Of a DNA stretch of 64,000 nt, positions 52,001 through 64,000 are shown piece after piece (positions within the stretch are counted from its first letter, which is position 1; every line of letters starts with the position of its first letter). A program made the translations under genes and the position numbers. The stretch comes from Bilabrum cf. latius. Lineage: Eukaryota. A model generated the notes under the pieces. It did no database searches. It saw only the letters and a program-made list of their open reading frames with translations, and was not told the origin of the DNA. The stretch lies in assembly GCA_965178125.1 (NCBI GenBank), contig OZ237752.1:248001-312000 (forward strand). The letters run 5' to 3'.

Positions 52001-52455
52001 CAGGGGACCGCCGCAATGGAGGCGTTGCCCCGCTCCGCTGGCCGGCTCTGAAGCTGTTCTGCATGGAGTTTCGGGTGGTTGGGAAGCTCGCGACCATGGA
52101 CCAGGTGCGAAGGATTGCCCTCTCCGTCGCAGTTACGGATGTTGTTGCGAGGGCAAGGGCGGCTGGGAGGCCGGTCAGTGCGAAAGCAGTGCGAAGGGGT
52201 CTGGAGCTCGAGGGTGCGCTGCAGCTGTCTTTCTCGCAGTTCCTGGAGCTCTTGGGGAGGCTCGCCGTTTTGTCGTTCGGAAGCAGGGCCGAGCATGATG
52301 CGGTGGAGGGGCCAACGTCTGCGTCCGTGCAAACCACCAAAACGCAGTCTGGTGCTGTTGTCCAGATGGTGCACTACCTTGAGGCTTCTGGAGGCGTGGC
52401 AAAGATCCGCGACCGGGCACGGAGTTCTACCTTGATTAAATTCAGCGCTCGGTGA
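46024..52455 (+). CDS. 2143-aa protein with N-terminal PH domain, long disordered middle and EF-hand-like helical C-terminal regions (about 18 in-frame TAG)
   Basis: EAWLEKKGSGDGIFSSRSW*PRYARL...IIDL...AFEIITTMRSY*LDAGDGDSFEQWLRVL fits the PH pattern. Twelve ORF-track pieces lie in one frame joined by TAG. TGA at 52453-52455. Confidence 0.85.
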
Positions 52456-52676
52456 GGAAGTTCAAAGTACAGTGTGTTGTATGTCATGCTTTTCGTCGTA
52501 ATGTAGTTCTAGCCCCATGAGCAAACGAAATAACTAATCCTAGATCCACGGATTCAACTTGGACTAGGCCTACGTAGCCCTACCGTGGCACAACGCATGT
52601 AGCTCCGCACCCCAGTGGAGGTAATGGATCCGAGGATTGCACGACAGCCAAGCGCGGTTATCCTAAAAGCATTGCA

Positions 52677-54395
52677 TCAACCGAGAACAACGCTGCTGCT
52701 TAGCATTGACGACAGACCGCGGCACGTAGTTTTCATTGCACGGCGTTTCGGCGGCTCGGCTCCAGCAACGATCCCACTACCGCCCGTCCCAAGCGTATCG
52801 CCGCGCATGCCAGTGGGCCTGCCGGCCATTGGGGCGGACTGGTCGCCCCTGACCACATTGCCAGCCTGTTTGATTCGCCTGGGCTTTCTGGCGTTGCCAG
52901 CAGCAACTGCGCCTGTTCCGACTAGGTGGTCAGCCTCCGCGCGGTTCACGCTCACGTGCCTCTTCATCGCATGCGGGGGCTTGTACCCTGCAGCGGTGGG
53001 CGAGAACACGTGGGACTCGAGCAGCTTTGCGCTTCTCGCAGATTGCGGCCGGTGCCTCCTCCCAGCTGTTTCCATCCTCTTCGCTGTTGTCATGCCGGCG
53101 ACCTTGCCCCCAGGCCGACCGTCCATCATGCGTTGCCAATCCTAAGCCTGCTTCGGATCAGCAGCGTTGGGCACGTGTCTAGCCATTTTGCGGCGCACCT
53201 TGAACGACGACACGCCGATGGCTGTTGCGGGTGACCCAACAGGCTTTCCTGCCGCCCCCTTGGGATCCCAGCTGCTGCCGTAGGTTGTGCTTGCCTTGCT
53301 AGGGGACGAGTGCGCGGCCCCGTCGCCAATCACGACGTGCTCACGCCTTGCTGCCGCAGCCTCGACCACGCGCTTGGAGAGGCGCACCTTGGGTGGTGTT
53401 CCCTGGCCCTTGATAGAGGCTCCGAGGCGGTCTTTGCCGCCCTCCACGTGACGCTTGCCCGGCCTGGCCTTGGCCGGTGTCGTCGTTGCCGTGGTTCCCT
53501 TGCCTGAGCTGCCTCCGAGCACCTGGTGGTCCTTGGGACCCTTGGCTGCGCGGCGCCCTCGGTTCCGCTTCGAGGTGGTGGAGTCGATGGACATGTCGAT
53601 GGGGAGGCCGTGCGCGGGCTGTGCCGCTGCCTCGGCTGCTGCTTTCCCGCTGACCGCCTTGATGAGTGCCTCCTCCAAGTAGGGCACCTTTGGCACCGGA
53701 GGAGCATCCGTCTGCTCCAGTACTTGAGACATGCGGTCCATAGCAGCTGGGGGCACGCGAGGCTTGCCATTACTGGCATGAAGCTTGGCTTGACGTCTCG
53801 TTCGCCTCGGTGCATTGGTCGGCTCGGCCGTCGGTCGGCCCGCGACCTTCGAGCCCGGTGGCAAAGGCGGCTGAGCCTGAATGGGAGCATTAGAGATAGC
53901 ATCTGCTGCATTCGCTCCGGATGAATCGACGGGTTGATCCTCTTTTGGTTGCATGTGTGTTGGCATTGCTCGCCTTGGCATTGCTGGGATTGCGGAAGGC
54001 CTCTGCGCTGACCTGCCACGCGTGTCATAGCTGGAGGCGTCCAATAGGTAGATATTTGTACGCCTATACGCCGGGAGGTGGCTATCATCGGCCAGAACTT
54101 TCGTAGCATCCCTTTCTCCGAACACTCTGTCAAACTTCTGTTGCTGCCTCGCCGTAGGGGCCCCTGCTCCAAGCGCAGGTTGTGCCCCGACACCTCGGCG
54201 CTGAGCACTTATAACCTTATCACTTGCGTCTTGTGCTGTTGACTTGAGGGGTGCCGAGCTGTCACGGCCTAGAACAACACTGGCACCCGTTGACGGCGCG
54301 GCTACGGTCCGTTTGACGCGGCGTCCTTCGCCGCGATGGCTGAAGTCAGTGATCTTCGTCGGCATTGATCGCGTCTTTCCTGTGGCACCTGGCAT
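52677..54395 (-). CDS. Hypothetical basic low-complexity protein, 572 aa
   Basis: ORFs 53142 and 52677 share a frame and are joined by TAG at 53142. ATG at 54395, TGA at 52677. Confidence 0.7.
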
Positions 54396-54558
54396 TGTAG
54401 GCCTTTCCAAAGTATGGGCAACCGAAGATTGAAACGTTCGGATTTTGGATCGCTTGCGAGGTTCCGCCGACGGTGCAGTGCGCAGCGTCTGCCAGTGGTC
54501 GCAAATAAGAGGACCACCATGGAGACCAGGGACAACATCGGCTTGACCATCTCAGACA

Positions 54559-55815
54559 TTAATCTGCAGCATCTGTAACAGTATCATCAGCTTTACTCGA
54601 GCTGGCTTCCATCGCCGGACTCTTTTCTGCTGCAGTGGTCGCCAGTCCGTCAGCCGCTGTCCTCCCACTGGCACCACCACTAGATCCATCCTCCTCCTCA
54701 GCGCTGCCCCCTTCCTCACCCCCTTCCCCGTCCTCTGCATCAGGAAGCCTCTCCCAGCCGGCCTATCCCACATCTTCACTGCCTTCGGCTGCCCCGGCAC
54801 CGTCACCACCCGCACTCTCTGCGCTGCCGCCATTGGCACCCTCCACCTAACCCTCTCCCTCCCCCTCCTAGGCCTTGCTCTCGGAATGCCCCGCCCCCCC
54901 CTGCCCAGCAGCAGCAGCAGCAGCGGTAGCAGCAGCGCCGCTGGTAGCGGGCTCCACCGCCGCCGAAACCTCTGGGACGTACTCGGGCGAGGTCACGCTC
55001 GCTGACTTGGGGATGCGCCCGCCCGCAGGAGCCTCGGGAATGGCGCCCCCCCTTGCCCTCGCGGCCAGCCGGGGGAGGTCCAGGCTGATCTTATCGTGTG
55101 ACAAGTGGGGCGTGGCATCGGTCGGAGGGGCGCTGTCGGCGCTGGCGGCTGCCGCCGTGCCACTTGCAGGGGCAGGTGCTCCGCTTCCGGCGGTCACCGT
55201 GGGCGCACTCGAAGTGGGGGCAGCAGCCGGCGGCAGGAGGCCGAGGAGACCCTCACCTCGCGCCACGGCTGCTGCCACCATTCGATCCACCAAGGCACCC
55301 TGGGAGCCTCTCGGTGGCTTCAGCTGGAGAGCTGCCATTGATTTCTGCACCTCGAGGGCTTCGTCTTCGTCCATTGGGCTGACCGGCCGGCCGATCAACT
55401 TATCCTCGCGCTCCTCTCGGAATGGATCGAAATCATCTTCGGCAAGCTCTTCAGCACCTTCGAATGTTTGCCTCGCGCTGCCACCGCCAGCCTGTACTCC
55501 GGTTTTGCCTTGCTTCTTTTTGCGACGAGATCTCCTAGACTTGCGCTTGCCGCTTCCTGGTGCGGTGGCTGGCTCTTTCGGGGCTGATGAAGCAGACGCA
55601 CCAGCATGAGATCTATCTGTGGAGCCCACATCTGAAGCTGTTGTTGACTCGCGAGCCTCAGTGGTTCGAGTTGCTGCAATTGTGCTAGCATACTCTCGTT
55701 CCATTCTCGCCATCTTGGCATCAACCAAGCGCAGTGCCATAGCAAATCGGCGCTGTTCCGCAGCTGCCTACTTTACATCATCTTGTGCTCCAGATTCCTG
55801 CCCCGAACCAGACAT
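54559..55815 (-). CDS. Hypothetical protein, 418 aa, acidic Gly-rich C-terminus
   Basis: ATG at 55815 in an aaataATG context, as for PUF. Four in-frame TAGs (55768, 54868, 54847, 54763). Ends at TAA 54559-54561. Confidence 0.72.
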
Positions 55816-56069
55816 TATTTTTCTGTCTTCACACCCTTCTCTGGGCTTTTGCGCGATCGTGCAATGCTACACAAATTTGGTTGCAACCGCACGCAAGGGT
55901 GCACCAACGCCCCTATCGGGTTGACATTGAAGGCCTTGGAGCCTCCGCATAAGCACCTTCCAGACCTCTCGCCAAGAATTAGAATCCTGCGGCACTAGCA
56001 GATAATTGGGTTTTGATCATAGCGATACTGAACACATCTGTAGCTGAAGGCATGAAGGGCTTGAATCCG

Positions 56070-59000
56070 ATGACACACTCTCGAAGGCACGGAGCTACAC
56101 GGTCTCCAGTAGCGCTTATAGCTGTGATATTCCTACTCATATCGACTTGCTTCGTATCGTTGACAAGAGCCGGCCTTGAACCAGGTAAGAGACATTCGTT
56201 GATGGATACGAATTCAGTTGAAACAGCAACACCGCTTGAGCATTTGCGCGTTTACATGATCTACCGCGATGATCTATGCAACGCAGATCTCATGTGGATG
56301 GCTGCGCCTCTGTCTGATGCATCCATTTCTTCATAGCGAGTATGGGAGCCCGTCAATGGGATGAACGTATCCGTGTCGCTCGCCAGCCCGGCCAGCGTCC
56401 TGATCACGTACTCTCTCCCCGTTGGGGCCGACAAGCCCAACTTACCCGGTGGAGATTTTCTCACCACGCCGGGTCTACCATCTTCCGGACAAGGCGATTT
56501 CGTCGGGTCCAGGCTGCTTGTCAACGGGCGAGCCTACAGATAGTCTGGCTCGCACGCGTCTCCCCTGTCTTCATTGGAGCGTTCTGCTAGGCAGTTGCGC
56601 GGAATATTAACTATTTCATTGCCAGCCGGTGAGCACACAGTCGTGGTTCAGTGGAAGAAGTGGGGAGACTGGGTGCGCCAGTGGTACTCGAGGCCTAGCC
56701 TGGCCGATGGGTTTGCGCAAGGGAGAGCGGTGACGGTGGGCGCCGTGTATCTCACACTCAACCTGGCTTCGCCTCTCTCATAGGCAGTGATTGCAAGGGG
56801 TGACGAGTGGTAGGACGTTCCCGGAATGTCAGTTCAGTTTTCGTTCGACCCGGATGCAGCAGGCGAGCCTAGCGTTGCAGGCAAGGTGTCGGATCGGTTC
56901 GCATTCGCCTACGTTCTCCACGTGAGACCCAACCAGGCCCCCGGCGCGGACCCGTTCAAATCAAAAGACGTGCTATCCACGCGACTGGCTATCGATTCGG
57001 TCCCGTACAGGGCCTCCTCGAGCCACTTTAGGACAGTGACGAGGTCGTTCGCCTCTGGATCCCTGGTGGGCGCCCTCGCCCTGGACCTGCCGGCTGGCAA
57101 CCACACCGCAAAGCTGCAGTGGCGCAAGTCAGCCGGCGGCTCCGTTCGAACGTGGTGGTCGCAGCCTACTTTCCTTGACGGGTTCGTGACCAGTCGCACG
57201 CTGGCGGTGTACAGGGACCGGTTTCCAGTCGAGGCCGCCACCGGCCTGGCCGGATTTCCAGGGGCAGGGTAGACAGGGGCCGACGCGGACGGATCATCCT
57301 CTTCCACGTCGTGGCGGCAGGTGCGCGGCGGCCTGTTGCCCTTGTCGCTTCACAAAAAGACGTTCATGAGGCTGTCGTACGCCGTGTCTCTGTCGAGGTA
57401 CGGCCAGCCGACGTTCGACTCGAACACGTGGCGGCGCTGGGGGACGGTGTCCACGCGCCTGGTAGTGGATGGGAGGCCCTACCGTTCCACCGCCACCAGC
57501 TTGGATGGGGGCGTGCCTGCGGGCGAGAGCATGTCGGGGACTGCTGTGCTGGCACTGCCGCCCGGCGACCACACGGTGGTGCTGCAGTGGAGGCCGCAGG
57601 GCGAGGCGCCGGCCGACTGGGCCGGATTGCTGTCTCTGTTCGATGGGTTTGCAGGTGCGACCATCACGACGTCTGAGGCGAGCGCCTCCAACAGCCCGCC
57701 AAGGGTGCGGGTACCCCCGACAATCCGTGAGAACGACTGGACCGTCTCGTTCTTTGAAGACGAGCCGGGCAAGGTCGAGGGCATGAGGGTGACGGATCCA
57801 GACACGGACATCGAGCCCAGCATGGAGGTTGAGGTAACTGTTAGTGTTGTGCATGGTAGCGTGCTGCTGGGGTGCGGACCAGACAACCCGGTGGCTCCTG
57901 GGAGAGTGAGCCTTGCGGTGGACCAGGACGTCGCTGCTCTGCCGGTCGAGGTGAGCGTGACCGTGCCTGGTCCGGACCCCTCGAGCCCGACCAGCGGTGC
58001 CGGTTCCTTTGGCCGGGAGATTGCACTGCGAGGAGCCATCGATGCCGTCAACAGCGCCATCAGGGTGATGAGGTATGCCCCCGACCTCGACTACAACGGC
58101 AACGATACACTGGTGGTGCAGGTGGATGATCTCGGCAATGTTGGCTCCGGTGGCACGGCCCTCTAGAGCTATGGAAACGTGTCTTTTGACGTGCGGCCTG
58201 TCAATGACGAGCCGAGCATAGAAGCTCCCGCGAGCCTGGTTGTGGACGAGGACAGTACAACCCAGCTCTAGGGGATCCTGCTGAACGACACTGACGCGCT
58301 CGATGGCTTCCGCTCCTCGGTGGCACTGGCTGAGATTGCCATGGCTGGCGGCATGCAATGGGAGCTGGGGCTCGCGGTAGTTGCCGGAACGGTCTCGCTG
58401 CCAAGCACTGCGGTGTCAGGCGTGGTCATTCCTGCAGTTAGCAACGAGACTGCTGGTGCGTACAGCTCCGACGCCCTCGGCACAGCTGCGCCAGTGCTAC
58501 GGTCAGACTTCAACGTGTCAGGCAACGGCACCGCTCGCGTAACTGTATCCGCGAGTCTGGCAGTTCTCCGTTCGCTTCTGCCTGCGATCGTCTATGCGCC
58601 GCTCCCTGACTCTAATAGAAACCGGGTCAGGGAGCAGCTGTCAGTCTCGCTGTCTGACATGGGGCTATCGCGGGGCGTAAGAGGGAGCGTACCGCACGTC
58701 CAGCCTGGTGAGAGCGCCACCGACAAGAGGGTGCAGTACGCTGCAGTCACGGTGCCTATCGATGTGGTGCCTGTGAACGACGCCCCTGTGCTGGAGGAGG
58801 GTGAGGACTCGGTCATTACGCTGAACAGCCTCACCGTGGACCAGGCTGACCTGGAGTCCACGGATGACATCACCGTAACGCTGTCGGCATCCATGCCAAA
58901 CACAAGCCTCGATCTGCCTGCCGCAACGGCGGACGTGGACATTTCCCACGGTGACGAGGCGTGGTCCGGCGAGGGCGCCTACCTGCAGCTCACAGGCCCA

Positions 59001-62000
59001 CTAGCAAGCGTGCAGGCATCGCTGTCGTCAGTGAGGTACGGCCGGTCTCCGCACTTTGACGGCAGCGACTCTCTGTTTGTCATTGCGGGGTAGTCGTCCT
59101 CAATGGCGAACGCGTCTAGCGTTGGCGAGGGCAGCAATTTCGCTCCAATTGGATCGGAATCACTGTCTGCTCGTGACGCAGCCTTGCAGCTGCAGCAGTT
59201 CGGCGGGTTCCGACCGACCGTGGCATCAATTGAGGTTACGTTCGACCGCCGCCCGAGCGACACTGTCCCAGTCCCGCAGGAAGCGTGGCCGGACAGCGGG
59301 TCCACAAGGGGAGGGACCCTCGTTACGATCTTCGGGGAACATTTCGATGCGTTCCAGGAATCGGTTGATTCCTTCTCGGACTGTCCCCAAGTGGACCTCA
59401 CCTAGCAGCAGGCTGTCCTCCTTGCCAACGTGCAGGCATCTGTTGACCTCGACAGCGCCATGATCAGCGAGGATGGTACAGGGCCACTGAACATGAGCGG
59501 GATGGTCCCTGCGGGTGGCCTGCCCGCCACCACGTGCTTCCTGCGAGACACCCTGTCTTGCCACTTCGGAGACGCTGGCAGCAGCCAAGCGCTAGTCGGG
59601 AACGCGTCGCGAATGGTGCCCGACCTGGTGGCAAGCGGTGACCTCATGGAGTCTACTACCGTGGTGCAGTGCATGTCCCCGCCCATGCCTTCAAACAGGC
59701 TTCCTAGTGGAGTGCTTGTGCACGTTGGTGGTCAAGAGCAGCGGGGACGGGCCATGTTCACGCAGGGCACAGAATTCTTCTACAGGTATCCGTGGTCAGT
59801 GGGTCACGTGCAGCCTAGGATTGCCTCAAAGAACGGAGGCACAAGGTTGCACGTGTCTGGTTCTGGCTTCTCGCCTAGCATAGATTTGACTTGCGCGTTT
59901 CGACTCGGCTCGATGGAGTTGCGCACGCTAGGCCTGTTTATTTCGAGCTCTATGGTCGAGTGCAACATACCACCGTTGGCCGGTGCGGGCGGCGGCGACA
60001 GGCTACAGGTTTGCGTGGCTGTGAACGGAGCGGATTTCCAGTGCGGCAACGGCCACGATGCATCCGTGACCCTTGCAGACGACCTATTGATTGGCTCGCC
60101 CCTGCCCACCATGGTGCTGGCGGGTAGAACTGGCCATGTCCAGATTGACGTCATGAATCTGCACGTAGTGCCAACTATTGAGTGCAAAGTAGTAATAGCA
60201 GGCACGGTGCACGTGTCTCCGGCTCAGGTACTACGAATGGCTGTGGCATCCAATGAGACCTCGTCAGTGTCATGTGATGTGCCGACCATGCGCAGCGCCC
60301 CTGGAAGCCACGCAGAGCTTACCCTCATGCAGAACGGGCAGGACGAGTCGAACCGACTATCTATTCAGGTTCTCGAGGACACTGTCATCGAAGCAATACG
60401 GCCGGCAATGGGGAATCCTGGAGACAATATAACGTTAGTTGGCATGGGCTTCTTGCAAACTACAGAGCTGTCGTGCTTGTTCGGCGACGTTACAGTACCA
60501 GCTAAATTCATTTCTACAACTTTAGTCGAGTGTCCGACACCAGTGGTAGGCAACCGTACTTTTGATGTTGTTGAGGTGTCTGTGAACGGGGCTGACTTTT
60601 CTCGGGATGGCCAGCGGTTCCAGTACTTGCCTTCGTCGTACGTGAGCTCCGTGTCTCCATCGCTCGGACCTGTATCTGGGGGCACGTCTCTTCGTGTGCG
60701 TGGCCTAGGGTTTGCCAGCACTGGCGATCTGGGCTGCGTATTTGTGGCAGCTGGATCTGTGTCTGATTCGGCTGGGGCGGTGTCTTTGGGTGCAGTGTCG
60801 GCTGGTCGATGGTTGAGCAGCGGTCAGCTGGTATGTGACAGTCCTGCAGCAGGCTCTGTGCCTGGTGTGTCCAACGAGGGCGGGCTTGTGGACGTGTATG
60901 TGACCACGAATGGCGTGGATGTATCGGATTCGTCTGCCTTGTTCGAGCTGCATGGGTCCGTGACCGTTTCGGGCGTGTCACCATTGAGCGGGGGCATGGC
61001 AGGCGGCACGGCTGTTCGCGTGAGTGGCTCTGGCTTTGCATTCGGCAGTGGATTGTCATGCCGCTTCGGGGAGGACAGCACGAGCGCACAGTACGTGTCG
61101 TCCACGGAGGTGGTGTGCGTGTCTCCTGCGTTGTCTGGCATGGGCTCTAACGAGTCGTCAGTGTCGGTGGCAGTGTCAGTGAGCCGGAATGGCATCGACT
61201 TCGGGTCAAGCTCTGGGGCGTTCCTTTACGAGCGCGGCGCCGTGGTGTCATCTGTGTCGCCTTCGACGGGCGTGGTGGGAGGCGGCACGGCAGTGGTGGT
61301 ATCAGGATCAGGCTTTGAGAATCGGACTGGTCTGTCATGCCGGTTCGGCTCTAGCGGGTCCGTGCCTGCTGTGTACGTGAACTCGAGCGCAGTGCGCTGT
61401 GTGAGTCCACCGGCATCGTCAGCGGTGCCATCTGGCGGCGCAGATGGCGGTATGGTGTCTGTGGAGGTGTCTGTGAACGGGGCTGACTTTTCTCGGGATG
61501 GCCAGCGGTTCCAGTACTTGCCTTCGTCGTACGTGAGCTCCGTGTCTCCATCGCTCGGACCTGTATCTGGGGGCACGTCTCTTCGTGTGCGTGGCCTAGG
61601 GTTTGCCAGCACTGGCGATCTGGGCTGCGTATTTGTGGCAGCTGGATCTGTGTCTGATTCGGCTGGGGCGGTATCTTTGGGTGCAGTGTCGGCTGGTCGA
61701 TGGTTGAGCAGCGGTCAGCTGGTATGTGACAGTCCTGCAGCAGGCTCTGTGCCTGGTGTGTCCAACGAGGGCGGGCTTGTGGACGTGTATGTGACCACGA
61801 ATGGCGTGGATGTATCGGATTCGTCTGCCTTGTTCGAACTGCATGGGTCCGTGACCGTTTCGGGCGTGTCACCATTGAGCGGGGGCATGGCAGGCGGCAC
61901 GGCTGTTCGCGTGAGTGGCTCTGGCTTTGCATTCGGCAGTGGATTGTCATGCCGCTTCGGGGAGGACAGCACGAGCGCACAGTACGTGTCGTCCACGGAG

Positions 62001-64000
62001 GTGGTGTGCGTGTCTCCTGCGTTGTCTGGCATGGGCTCTAACGAGTCGTCAGTGTCGGTGGCAGTGTCAGTGAGCCGGAATGGCATCGACTTCGGGTCAA
62101 GCTCTGGGGCGTTCCTTTACGAGCGCGGCGCCGTGGTGTCATCTGTGTCGCCTTCGACGGGCGTGGTGGGAGGCGGCACGGCAGTGGTGGTATCAGGATC
62201 AGGCTTTGAGAATCGGACTGGTCTGTCATGCCGGTTCGGCTCTAGCGGGTCCGTGCCTGCTGTGTACGTGAACTCGAGCGCAGTGCGCTGTGTGAGTCCA
62301 CCGGCATCGTCAGCGGTGCCATCTGGCGGCGCAGATGGCGGTATGGTGTCTGTGGAGGTGTCTGTGAACGGGGCTGACTTTTCTCGGGATGGCCAGCGGT
62401 TCCAGTACTTGCCTTCGTCGTACGTGAGCTCCGTGTCTCCATCGCTCGGACCTGTATCTGGGGGCACGTCTCTTCGTGTGCGTGGCCTAGGGTTTGCCAG
62501 CACTGGCGATCTGGGCTGCGTATTTGTGGCAGCTGGATCTGTGTCTGATTCGGCTGGGGCGGTATCTTTGGGTGCAGTGTCGGCTGGTCGATGGTTGAGC
62601 AGCGGTCAGCTGGTATGTGACAGTCCTGCAGCAGGCTCTGTGCCTGGTGTGTCCAACGAGGGCGGGCTTGTGGACGTGTATGTGACCACGAATGGCGTGG
62701 ATGTATCGGATTCGTCTGCCTTGTTCGAGCTGCATGGGTCCGTGACCGTTTCGGGCGTGTCACCATTGAGCGGGGGCATGGCAGGCGGCACGGCTGTTCG
62801 CGTGAGTGGCTCTGGCTTTGCATTCGGCAGTGGATTGTCATGCCGCTTCGGGGAGGACAGCACGAGCGCACAGTATGTGTCGTCCACGGAGGTGGTGTGC
62901 GTGTCTCCTGCGTTGTCTGGCATGGGCTCTAACGAGTCGTCAATGTCGGTGGCAGTGTCAGTGAGCCGGAATGGCATCGACTTCGGGTCAAGCTCTGGGG
63001 CGTTCCTTTACGAGCGCGGCGCCGTGGTGTCATCTGTGTCGCCTTCGACGGGCGTGGTGGGAGGCGGCACGGCAGTGGTGGTATCAGGATCAGGCTTTGA
63101 GAATCGGACTGGTCTGTCATGCCGGTTCGGCTCTAGCGGGTCCGTGCCTGCTGTGTACGTGAACTCGAGCGCAGTGCGCTGTGTGAGTCCACCGGCATCG
63201 TCAGCGGTGCCATCTGGCGGCGCAGATGGCGGTATGGTGTCTGTGGAGGTGTCTGTGAACGGGGCTGACTTTTCTCGGGATGGCCAGCGGTTCCAGTACT
63301 TGCCTTCGTCGTACGTGAGCTCCGTGTCTCCATCGCTCGGACCTGTATCTGGGGGCACGTCTCTTCGTGTGCGTGGCCTAGGGTTTGCCAGCACTGGCGA
63401 TCTGGGCTGCGTATTTGTGGCAGCTGGATCTGTGTCTGATTCGGCTGGGGCGGTATCTTTGGGTGCAGTGTCGGCTGGTCGATGGTTGAGCAGCGGTCAG
63501 CTGGTATGTGACAGTCCTGCAGCAGGCTCTGTGCCTGGTGTGTCCAACGAGGGCGGGCTTGTGGACGTGTATGTGACCACGAATGGCGTGGATGTATCGG
63601 ATTCGTCTGCCTTGTTCGAGCTGCATGGGTCCGTGACCGTTTCGGGCGTGTCACCATTGAGCGGGGGCATGGCAGGCGGCACGGCTGTTCGCGTGAGTGG
63701 CTCTGGCTTTGCATTCGGCAGTGGATTGTCATGCCGCTTCGGGGAGGACAGCACGAGCGCACAGTACGTGTCATCCACGGAGGTGGTTTGCGTGTCTCCT
63801 GCGTTGTCTGGCATGGGCTCTAACGAGTCGTCAGTGTCGGTGGCAGTGTCAGTGAGCCGGAATGGCATCGACTTCGGGTCAAGCTCTGGGGCGTTCCTTT
63901 ACGAGCGCGGCGCCGTGGTGTCATCTGTGTCGCCTTCGACGGGCGTGGTGGGAGGCGGCACGGCAGTGGTGGTATCAGGATCAGGCTTTGAGAATCGGAC
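56070..64000 (+). CDS. Giant secreted/surface protein (3' partial): signal peptide, three repeated beta domains, cadherin-like domains and many IPT/TIG domains
   Basis: Signal-like VALIAVIFLLISTCFVSLTRA and a probable intron at 56185-56286. All ORF pieces 56013-59405 share a frame joined by TAG, and the frame then stays open to the window end. Motifs VNDEP/VNDAP, YAPDLDYNGNDTL and VSPSxGxxxGGTxVxVxGxGF..LSCRFG. Confidence 0.88.
60573..64000 (+). repeat. Near-identical 891-nt coding tandem repeat (297 aa, three IPT/TIG domains), at least 3.8 copies
   Basis: Units start at 60573, 61464, 62355 and 63246, with only a few single-base differences between copies. Confidence 0.97.

Noticed and set aside
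1-64000. TAGs as pseudogene lesions from C-to-T hypermutation or sequencing error
   Set aside because: That process should also create TAA (from CAA) and TGA (from CGA), and would disrupt conserved motifs. Only TAG interrupts the frames and the domains are intact.
1-64000. TAG as pyrrolysine, or A-to-I edited to Trp
   Set aside because: Informative sites align to Gln rather than Trp, and TAG occurs in tandem inside poly-Q runs. U-to-C editing cannot be excluded without cDNA but is less parsimonious.
1-64000. A suppressor tRNA-Gln(CUA), eRF1 gene, rRNA or CRISPR array in this window
   Set aside because: I recognised none by eye. The GGTTCGA matches near 13726 and 16084 lack a cloverleaf, and the regular repeats are protein-coding.

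Overview
GC-rich, gene-dense eukaryotic (protist) nuclear DNA with short GT-AG introns. A heterotrophic stramenopile-like source is only my inference. The main signal is a non-standard genetic code. Nearly every gene contains in-frame TAG codons, and these fall where Gln is expected: the NOT4 RING 'YQIC' motif, CAG/TAG swaps between paralogous FG-GAP and EGF repeats, and TAG TAG CAG CAG CAG in a poly-Q run. Every gene end I traced is TGA or TAA. Read with UAG=Gln, the fragmented ORF track collapses into about 15 genes: three giant surface/adhesin proteins, a tandem ankyrin-gene pair with hypervariable patches, ACBP, M18 aspartyl aminopeptidase, NOT4, a Pumilio protein, a PH-domain protein and several unknown proteins. 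There is also a candidate structured ncRNA between NOT4 and PUF. All gene models were built by eye and no database searches were run.
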